Assembly: GCF_000281045.1 (NCBI RefSeq)
Contig: NW_008246136.1
Location: 187,118-207,117, forward strand
Source of the DNA: Saprolegnia diclina VS20
Taxonomy: Eukaryota
Length of the DNA: 20,000 nucleotides
Direction of reading: 5' to 3'
Shown here: positions 10,459-19,297 of the stretch, piece after piece
How positions within the stretch are numbered: the stretch's first letter is position 1
Layout: every line of letters begins with the position of its first letter
Position numbers and translations under genes: made by a program
Notes under the pieces: model-generated
The model's input: only the letters and a program-made list of their open reading frames with translations
The model's database searches: none
What the model was told of the DNA's origin: nothing

Positions 10459-13400
10459 ATGGTGCTCGAAGGCATTGCGTCGGCGCTGATCAAGAAGCTG
10501 GCCGCGCGCTTTATCAAGGATTTCAAGCAAGAGAACTTGCGCATTAGCCTCCACGGGGAAATATGCATCGACAACTTTGAGCTGCGCATGGGTACCACTG
10601 CTGGAACGCTTCGCCATGACCGCAGTGGTGTGTAGACGAAATCGTCGACCTGCAACTTCCGATCGAGCCAAAGAGCATCTTCATCGGTCACCTTCGCACC
10701 AACGTCCTTGCAGCCGAGCTCACGTCGCAGCCGCTTCACGTACGACACTGCCTACAGCTTCAACGCATGAACGACGCGATGTAGATCCAACTGGCCGACG
10801 TTGTGCTGCTCGTGGGCACCCCCGTGATGCGTGCCGGCGATAGCACCGAGGCCATGGACTTTGCCCACCAATCGCAGATCGACTGGCTCGTACGACTCCT
10901 CGACGAAAAGACGTCCGAGGTCCCCGTGAACGGACCCTCCAAAACGTCGCTGAGCTGGTTCAACCGCTTCCGCGATGCTTTCGTCAGCATTGAGCGGCTC
11001 CATCTGCGCTTCGAAGACACTTTGAGCAGACTGAGCTTCGGAATGCAAGTCGACGGCGTCGTTTTGCAGCCGGTCACTTCGTCCTCGTATGTTTCTGTCC
11101 ACCATCGCGGTGCACTCATAACAAGCCGTAGATCCTCCGATGCTCCGAACGATGCAACGGCGAAGCGTGTGCTGCAGACAAAGACGATCGCACTCACGAA
11201 CTTCAGCATGTACGTGCAGCGCGACCACATTTTTGCGTCGGCCACCAAGGTGCCCACCGACACGCTGTACGTGATCGATCCGTCCCAGGTATTTCTTCTT
11301 CATAATAATGATGTCATATTCACTGCGATCGATGTAGTACATTTTGGAGCCATGCAACATCACTCTTGAGCTGTGCATCTCGCAAGAGGTGTCCCTTCAT
11401 CTCCTGCTCATCGTCGTAGCTTATTTGGACTGTTGGTAGGTGCAGCTCCAAGTGCGCATCGAGGTTCCTCAATTGACAATGCGGCTACCGCTGGAGCATC
11501 TCCAGAACTTGAGCGAGCTACTCGAAAGTTTGGACGTGACCATGCGACGACGACTCTACCGGCGCTTCCGCCCGTTGACGCCCGGGGTCAAGGGCAATGC
11601 TGGTGCGTGGTGGAGGTACGCAATCGCGGCTGTGCTGCTGGACCTCCAAGATCCTGTGCGTCACCGGCCAAGCTGGCGACAAACGCTGAACTTGATCTTT
11701 CTCGGCCTCCAGTACACAGCGCTGCGTCGCTACTTGGCGCCGTACCTTGTGCGCAAGCCTTGGCGACCGTACGCGTTTGCTGCTCTTGGTTTCTAGTGCT
11801 CACCCATTTTGGACTGTAGCCACGACTACTTCTTGCATTACAAGGAAGAGTTGACGCCACTTGCCCGGAGCAAGCCAGCACCACCCCTCGACGCGTTTGC
11901 CGCCATTGGTACAAGGCTCGTTGCAGCTCACTCCATGACGTTCGCGATAGAGTGTTTGCCTCGGAGTGTTACCCAATACAGTCGCGGCGTCTACGCCGGC
12001 GTCTACGGCCTAGGACGGCGGTTTGCCGCTCGAAAGCATCACCCGACAACGATGTCGCCGGAGGAGCTCGTCCCGCTACTCTTCACTCGCCAACAGTATC
12101 TGGACGCTTGTTTTCGACCAATTGTGGTCGCCAAGTTGCGCCGTCTCGCTCTTGACCAGTGCCAGTACGTACAACCAAGCGCACGTGATTCTCACAAATG
12201 GTCCAGTCACCAGATGCAGGCATGCAACAAAGCATCCAAGCGCCACAATCAGGAGCCCGGTGTTCTCACCGTCACACTCGCGCAGGCGTCTATGGAGCTC
12301 GACAGGTTTCCATCGTCCATGTCATCACTTTTCGTAGTTGCGAACATCAAGGTATTTATGGGGCACCTTCATGTCACCAAGATGATATCGTAGGTGGGCG
12401 CCCGCGGTGTTGCGTACACGGGGCCGCCTGTGCACGCGTCGACTTCGACGCGTGCCTGCGGGTTTCCGTTTCTATGGCGCCCGCAAAAATCCGCGTGCGA
12501 CTGCATTTTGGCACAAACGTTTGAGTTTCACTTGCGCGGGTCCGTCGACGAGGATGCGCTCTACATGTACGTCTTGTTAGTTACCGACTATTCGCCTTAC
12601 ATCAATCGATACCTTGATACGTAGAGAGCTGCTTGACCGATGGTCTATCCAGTACCTAAACCAAAGTCTTGCGACGGCATCCATCTCGCTCCTCGGGTGC
12701 ACAAGTGGTACGCCGATCGAGACAAACACGTCAGTGACCCTTAGCGGCAACCGCGGCCAGCTCCATATCCTCACGAGCTTTGTGCCGTCTCGAGCGGCGT
12801 CGGCGCCGTTTCCGACTTCGCAAGCGATGCTACGGCAGCTGTACCCATCGCTGTACGCTCGCCACAAGTGGATATCGTGGTACGTGCTTGTAGTAGCAAC
12901 CTACGCTTCGCTGCATCACAAGATTTTCTAGGTACCACAAAGAAGAGGAACCATTTAGAGTGCACCATTTGCGCTACGAGCCATCCCCAGCGTTCACCAT
13001 CGACGCCGTTTCGATCGACGTCGGCGCCATCGCTCTCCATGTATGCCGTCTTCAGAGTTATGGTGGCAATTATACATTAGGCCCAGCTCGGCCATACGTC
13101 AAAGAGCCATGTTGAGCTGCAGTGCTGTGGGGTGCACGGCACCCTTCAAGACATTTCACAGCTGGACCTTGTGCGCCGGACGCTGCGATGCTCCGTGGAG
13201 ACATTGGACGTGCTTTACGATGGCGCGTCGTCGCTGACGTTTAGCACGACGCCGAGCGTCCGATTCTCGTACGTCAATGCCACCAACGTCGGTGCCCGAA
13301 CGCTCACGATGCAGCTGACCGTTCCGGATGTTGCTATCGCATTGGGTCTTCCGGTCGCTCTGCGTCTCTATCTGGACTCGATGCGCTGGAATGCAATGTT

Positions 13401-14236
13401 ATCGCGCCTCGTTGCGTTGCTGGCGTCACCCATTTACGGTCCGTTTGGTCTCTGGGTGGCGCCGGCGCCCATGGCCGTCGAGCCGCCGAAACACGCTTCG
13501 GCGCCATCGATCGACACGACGGTCTCGATGGGCACTTCGACGCTTTGCATTTCGGACTTTGCGTCGGTGACTCTGCCAGCGTTGACATGCGACATTACAA
13601 CGTCCTGCAACGTACGTCGTGTCCTCTCTGTACATGCGCGAAAAACGTCACTTGCGTAGGAAGCGAGTACGGCGGTGGCGATCAACGGTCGCTCTGTAGC
13701 GACTCTCGTCTGGGATCATTGGAGTGGCATCCAGCAGCAGGTGCGTGAATTGCTCCGCACGGCGACGTCGGACGTCGCCCCGAGCGCGATTGCTCGGCCT
13801 CCCACTCGCCCGGCGTCTGCGTGGTTCTTGAAGCAAGGCATTGCTGTTCTGCAGCACGACGTTAGCTCCAAGAAGCCGCAAGAGCGCGTGCTGTACGTCG
13901 ACCAACTGCAAACGACGCTGTTTCTCGGCCCCTCACGCTGGGCTTCGTCGATCAGTGGTACGCACCAATTTACATTGCAGCAAGAGCCGACCATTTGATT
14001 GCGCAGTAGCAATGCCACTCGTTTCCGTGGATGCGATCGTGCCAGGCATCAAGACGGCGGCGCTGCGACGCTCGGGGCTGCCCGAGAACGCGGATTTGTA
14101 CCTCTCGATTTTTTCACAGGCGTGCGTCGTTAGCTTCGAGTGCATCAGTCGGACGAGCCAACGTCAGACGCGGTCGCTTCTGCAAGACCTCGTCGCCAGC
14201 GTCAAGGCCAACGAGTGCCCGTCGTCTCAGCCCTAA
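10459..14236 (+). CDS. Short VPS13/chorein-N family protein, paralog B: chorein-N, C2-like, PH-like; multi-exon
   Basis: ATG at 10459 gives MVLEGIASALIKKLAARFIKDFKQENLRISLHGEICIDNFELRM|DEIVDLQLPIEPKSIFIGHLRTNV. Then FVSIERLHLRFED; YRRFRP...WWRYAIAAVLLDLQDPVRHRPSWRQTLNLIFLGLQYTALRR; GVYAGVYGL; DACFRPIVVAKLRRLA; C2-like GVLTVTLAQA...QTFEFHLRG; C-terminal PH-like FLKQGIAVLQH...KPQERVLYV|...MPLVSVDAIVPGIKT...VVSFECIS. Stop TAA 14234-14236. Confidence 0.75.
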
Positions 14237-14296
14237 TCTTATGGCACCAGACACGGGTCCACTCGATTGTAACTTAGCACAGAGATGAACATGCGT

Positions 14297-14901
14297 CTAG
14301 TCACCAAGTTCCACCGGCGCAAGGACTTCTTGGGAGAGGAGGAGGCCATTGTCTGGTAGAACTAACGTCGTTTTCACAAACCGTCCTTTGACGCGAGGCC
14401 GCGCCCCTGCCAGGGCCTGTCGACAGTCGTATTTTACACGCTTCTGCCACACACGCGCGCGACGCTTTTCCTGAAACCGGGCGAGTCGAGCCTGCCTAGA
14501 GAAAGCAGCCGCGTAAAACACCGCTCCAGTGTGCTAGGAATGGGAAGGTACCGCGCTTCATACGTGTACGCCCCGATCATCTTGCCGGTTGTCATGGATC
14601 CATTCGGCTGTAGCGGGCTCAACCACGCACTCGGCCCCTTGAGTCGCTTTGTCTTCTTTGGTGTGACAACGATCGGTGCTATGTCGTGCCGGACAGAGCG
14701 AAAGGCAAAGCTAATCTCGTCCGAGGGTGGCGTCGTTGCGGTGGGGTCGCCATGCGAACAGAACCACTCGAGCGAGAGGCGGCGCGTGGGACGCACATCT
14801 GGCAGCCACGCGTAATCATCGTCCTCGCCGTCAACGGACGTCGACGAGAGGAGCGCCATGGACTCGTAGTCCAGCTCGTGGAACTCGAAGGGCTCGTCCA
14901 T
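14297..14901 (-). CDS. CCT-domain (CONSTANS/CO-like/TOC1 motif) protein, 2 exons
   Basis: Probable ATG at 14901 (MDEPFEFHELDY...; an upstream in-frame start is possible). Intron 14496-14551 (GT-AG, 56 nt) joins MIGAYTYEAR to QARLARFQEKRRARVWQKRVKYDCRQALAGARPRVKGRFVK, a clear CCT motif. Stop at 14297. Confidence 0.85.
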
Positions 14902-15870
14902 GCTCCTGGCCTCCAATGCTGCCGGCCCGTTATAACCACTCTTCCAAGATCGGCAAAGATTCCGACGGCTATTCATATCCCGCATCTCGTTTTTCGAACC
15001 AGGCTTCGATTTTTCCATTGTTATTTTCGGCATGTGGGTGCATTTTTGTTTTCGGCAGGTGCCACGCAAACAATCCCGCTCCGACAACACTTGGGAGATT
15101 GCTTGGCTTGGGACACGCTGTTGACGAGAAGTATCAAGCAATGCAGCGCATTCGATCTTGGTAATACGAACGCAGTGCACGTGACCCTCCAAGTTCCTTT
15201 ACGGTACTTCGAAGCACGACGCGTGCATCCATCATGCCACGACAACAGCAAACGCAAGCGCTTGTTAACAATGAACGTGTTTTAAAACGAAGGTCGAGGC
15301 ACGATCCAACGGTGTCCGTACTGCAATTTACCCCACCGCAAAAGCACTGGTTGGGATGTTGACAAAACACTGGATGCGCGACATTGGTTTCCATTCCTTC
15401 GTCATCCCACAATAATCCAGGGCCGTGTCCGCTTCTTCCATAACGCAGACGATGCCGCGAGTCACTTATTTGCTACTCTAAGAACGCACTAGGACTCTAA
15501 AATGTTGAGGCGCGTCTTCAGGAACGGACGTCGAATCGGCGCTTCGTCAATGGCGTCAGTCACAGCGCACTTTGCTGGCAACTTCAACAAGCGTGAGTGC
15601 CGATCATTCGATGGATGGTGGCGTGCATGTCCCTATCTTTTCAAACTCTGTTTGGTGATCCAGGCGTCGCTCCTCTCAAAATCGTCCTTTCTTTGCAAGT
15701 GTGGGCTCGCGCATGGATCTTTTTCTATGCTACGTACTGTAGCCAGCGATAGACAGTGCATTCGTGTCCCCCCGCCGCACCACACGCAGCCTCACTTTTC
15801 ATATCATGGTCGCGAAAAAGCGAGAAATGATGTCGACCGATGGCTCAGACTTTGATTTTCGTCGCAAGCC

Positions 15871-18837
15871 ATGGGCAACCAACCAAGCACCGAAGCTGGC
15901 GTGGCGCCGCTCCCGGACTCGAAGCGCGCCAACAGCATCTTCTCGCTCCTCGCGTTCGCCAAGGACCCCAAGGCAGCCATGGCCGAGTCGCGCGACACGC
16001 TGGGCAATCTCTTCCTCATCGAGAGCGCTGTCGTGAGCGAGAAGATTGCGGGCTTCTGTGGCCCCGAGATGCTCTCGCAGTACGATGCGCACGTCGCGGC
16101 CGGGCACATTGTGCGGGAGAACGCGCTACCCGCGGGCATTGTGGAGCTTCTCGGCCCGATCCTCGCGACGCTCGACGGCGACGTGCACGACAGCCGCAAG
16201 GAGGCCATCATGGGCGCCTTCTCCAAAGAGATGCTCGCCTCGTATGCGCCCATCGTGTTTGAGATTGTGCAAAAGGAGCATGCGGCGTGGGCAGCGCACG
16301 GCGGCGAAATCTCGCTCGCGCTCAGCTGCAAGAAGACTGTCTTCAAGGTCTTCCTCGCAATCCTCTACGGCATCACGAACCTGACGCCAGCCGAGTACGA
16401 CGCCAAGTTTGATCCCTTCCGCGATCTTCTCGACAGCTTTATCCGCGCGATTCCGAAGTCCTCGAAAGGCGCGGACGCTGAGGGCCTCGTCTGCAAGCAG
16501 CGCCTTCTCGACGAGCTTGTGGCACCCGCGCTCGCTGCAAGTCAGGCGCGCGTGGAGGCGAAGGCACCGGTGCCGTGCTTCCTCGACTACATGCTCGGCC
16601 AGACGGAGCTGACGCCGGACGTGGTGCACCTCGAAGCGTTCCACGCCCTCTTTGCCGGCCTCGGCGGCACCCAATGCCTCGTCGTCAACACGATCACGGC
16701 GCTCGCCCAATATCCTACTGTCGCTGAGAAGGTCCATGCGTCGCGCGCCAAGTTTGTCATCAAGTACCACGACGATCGGTGGCGCCATTTTGACAACCTT
16801 GGGTACTGCAACCGGTTCCTCCTCGAAGTCAAGCGCTTCTACAGCGCGGGACCGGCGCAGCTCTTTGGCCGAACGACGCAAGAGTTGACGTTCACGACGC
16901 CTGATGGCGAGTTCGCGATCCCCAAGGGCGTGCTCGCGGTCGCAGGCCTCGATGCGACGAACCGGCACCCGGACGTCTGGACCGATCCGAGCGTCTTCAA
17001 CCCCGACCGCTTCGACAATGGCTTTAGCGAGGCGAGCGACTTGTACAAGTTGTGCCCGCATGCCATTGGCAAGACAACGGGCGGCCGCAAGTGCGCGGGC
17101 CGCGACCTCGCGACGCTCGTGCTCCAGGCGTCACTTGTTTCGCTCTTTGACTTCAAGTGGACTTTGGTGCCCAACCAAGATTTGAGCTTAGAAGAAGGCA
17201 AGTCGACGCCGATGCCCAAGGGACTCCTTATGGCGAGTTCGTTCACGCACCGCCACTCGGAAAGCGAGACAGAGTGCGACGTCGCCGACTGGCACCTCCT
17301 CAACTTACCCGAAGCCAAGGCCCTTGTGGGCATCGCAGGCACGGTTTCGGACGACGAGGACGACGCGCGCCTCGATCTCTGGACGCGTCTCATGATCAAG
17401 TTGATCGCCAAGAAGCAAGCGCGCTGGAACAAGCCGGTCGCCAACGAGGTGCTGACGGTGCCGCAGTTTCAGAAAGAGCTTCCCAAGATGACGCTCATCC
17501 AGACCAACATTCAAGTTGCGACCGAAGACGAAGACTGGCCCAACCAGCCGTGGCTCGAGATCCAGCAGTCCAACTTCCTCCGTGACTATGCGCCGTTTGT
17601 CGACAACTTTGAGCACACGTGGCTGCCTGGCGAGGACATGGAGCGCTACGTCATGAGCAAGGTCGGCAGCATGTGGCCGCGCGTCAACGTTCACTGGAAC
17701 GACCGCTACTCGGACCGCGCGCTCGAGCTCTTGGCCTTCAACGGCTTTGGCCAGCATCTTCTCACGAAGCTCCCGGAAGCTCACGACGATGGCTCGTACT
17801 ACGGCATCTGCCTCAACTTCTTGAAGGGCCTCGAGGTGCGCCCTGGCTACGCCAAGTACGGCGCGGACGCATTCTTCAGCGCCGAGGGCAAAGTCACCAA
17901 GATCGTCCGCGGTGACGTCACGGTGCGCCCAGGTGACGACAACTGGGCGTACGCCAAGCTATGCTTTCGTGGTAGTCTCCAGACGAAGATCACGGCGGTG
18001 GACCATCTTCTCGGTGTGCACGCGACAGTAGCCAACATCATGGTCATCGCCAACCGCGAGCAACTGCCACCAACGCACCCGCTCCGCCGCTTGATCAAGC
18101 CCTTCACGTTCCGGTCGATTGCGATCAATTACGGTGCAGGTCGGGCGCTCTTTTGGCCCAAGGGCATGCTCCAGCGCGCCTACGCGCTCACGGACAAGGG
18201 CATGAAGCAGACGTGGGACATTGGCCTCGCCAACTTCAAGTACGAGACGTTCCCAGAGCACATTGCGCGCCAGAACATCGACACAACGACGCTGCCGTTC
18301 CATGAGGACGGTATGGACTACTGGCATATCTGCCGGTCGTTCGTCAGCAACTACGTCGACCTGTACTACAAGAGCGAGGACGCGCTTCAGAACGACACGG
18401 ATGTCCATGCGTTTTGGACGTTCTTGAGCACGAAGCTGCCGGTGCCGATGCGGACGCTCACCCTGGAGAACCTCAAGGACTTTGTCGCACACTTCATTTT
18501 TCTTGTCTCGTCGATGCACAACCACCTCGGCACGATCGCCGAGTACGTGTCGGACCCGGCTTTCTGCCCCTCGGCGTGGGTCGAAGGCGAGCTCGCGGGT
18601 CGTCCCAGCACTGGCGTCCGTCTCGCGCTCATCATGACCGCGACGGGCTTTGCGCAGCCGGCAATCACGGAAGACTTTTCGCACATTATGCTCGACGACG
18701 CAGCCAAGGCCGTCTGCCAAGCATTTACGGCCGCTGTCACCGCTCAGATCGCGGTTGTCGACGCCCGCAACGCCACGCGCGTGCAGCCGTTCCAGTCGTT
18801 CAACCCCAAGACGATGGAGATGGCTGTGAGTATCTAG
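15871..18837 (+). CDS. Cytochrome P450-lipoxygenase fusion protein (988 aa, intronless)
   Basis: Single uninterrupted ORF. The N-terminal ~460 aa is a P450: I-helix LFAGLGGT (aa 260-267), K-helix EVKR (E319-R322), meander FNPDRF, heme loop PHAIGKTTGGRKCAG (C408). The C-terminal ~490 aa is a lipoxygenase catalytic domain: WAYAKLCF, HLLGVH (H712/H717), HPLRRLIKPF, SIAINYGAGRAL, SSMHNHLG (H883), and C-terminal Ile (MAVSI*). From memory it resembles the oomycete P450-fusion family named CYP5619; this was not verified here. Confidence 0.92.
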   Translation: MGNQPSTEAGVAPLPDSKRANSIFSLLAFAKDPKAAMAESRDTLGNLFLIESAVVSEKIAGFCGPEMLSQYDAHVAAGHIVRENALPAGIVELLGPILATLDGDVHDSRKEAIMGAFSKEMLASYAPIVFEIVQKEHAAWAAHGGEISLALSCKKTVFKVFLAILYGITNLTPAEYDAKFDPFRDLLDSFIRAIPKSSKGADAEGLVCKQRLLDELVAPALAASQARVEAKAPVPCFLDYMLGQTELTPDVVHLEAFHALFAGLGGTQCLVVNTITALAQYPTVAEKVHASRAKFVIKYHDDRWRHFDNLGYCNRFLLEVKRFYSAGPAQLFGRTTQELTFTTPDGEFAIPKGVLAVAGLDATNRHPDVWTDPSVFNPDRFDNGFSEASDLYKLCPHAIGKTTGGRKCAGRDLATLVLQASLVSLFDFKWTLVPNQDLSLEEGKSTPMPKGLLMASSFTHRHSESETECDVADWHLLNLPEAKALVGIAGTVSDDEDDARLDLWTRLMIKLIAKKQARWNKPVANEVLTVPQFQKELPKMTLIQTNIQVATEDEDWPNQPWLEIQQSNFLRDYAPFVDNFEHTWLPGEDMERYVMSKVGSMWPRVNVHWNDRYSDRALELLAFNGFGQHLLTKLPEAHDDGSYYGICLNFLKGLEVRPGYAKYGADAFFSAEGKVTKIVRGDVTVRPGDDNWAYAKLCFRGSLQTKITAVDHLLGVHATVANIMVIANREQLPPTHPLRRLIKPFTFRSIAINYGAGRALFWPKGMLQRAYALTDKGMKQTWDIGLANFKYETFPEHIARQNIDTTTLPFHEDGMDYWHICRSFVSNYVDLYYKSEDALQNDTDVHAFWTFLSTKLPVPMRTLTLENLKDFVAHFIFLVSSMHNHLGTIAEYVSDPAFCPSAWVEGELAGRPSTGVRLALIMTATGFAQPAITEDFSHIMLDDAAKAVCQAFTAAVTAQIAVVDARNATRVQPFQSFNPKTMEMAVSI

Positions 18838-18862
18838 GATTCTTAGCTTGTAGTCGAACCAT

Positions 18863-19297
18863 NNNNNNNNNNNNNNNNNNNNNNNNNNNNNNNNNNNNNN
18901 NNNNNNNNNNNNNNNNNNNNNNNNNNNNNNNNNNNNNNNNNNNNNNNNNNNNNNNNNNNNNNNNNNNNNNNNNNNNNNNNNNNNNNNNNNNNNNNNNNNN
19001 NNNNNNNNNNNNNNNNNNNNNNNNNNNNNNNNNNNNNNNNNNNNNNNNNNNNNNNNNNNNNNNNNNNNNNNNNNNNNNNNNNNNNNNNNNNNNNNNNNNN
19101 NNNNNNNNNNNNNNNNNNNNNNNNNNNNNNNNNNNNNNNNNNNNNNNNNNNNNNNNNNNNNNNNNNNNNNNNNNNNNNNNNNNNNNNNNNNNNNNNNNNN
19201 NNNNNNNNNNNNNNNNNNNNNNNNNNNNNNNNNNNNNNNNNNNNNNNNNNNNNNNNNNNNNNNNNNNNNNNNNNNNNNNNNNNNNNNNNNNNNNNNN
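18863..19297. other. Assembly gap (run of N)
   Basis: 435 consecutive N bases. Confidence 0.99.

Noticed and set aside
15792..15870. Inr-like TCACTTT and out-of-frame upstream ATGs (e.g. 15806) before the fusion gene, as a possible uORF control
   Set aside because: The transcription start is unknown and the motif is short, so this cannot be supported from sequence alone.
16126..18720. Long antisense ORFs (16126-17061, 16839-17444, 17959-18720) opposite the fusion gene
   Set aside because: Shadow ORFs expected from GC-rich codon usage; no recognisable motifs.
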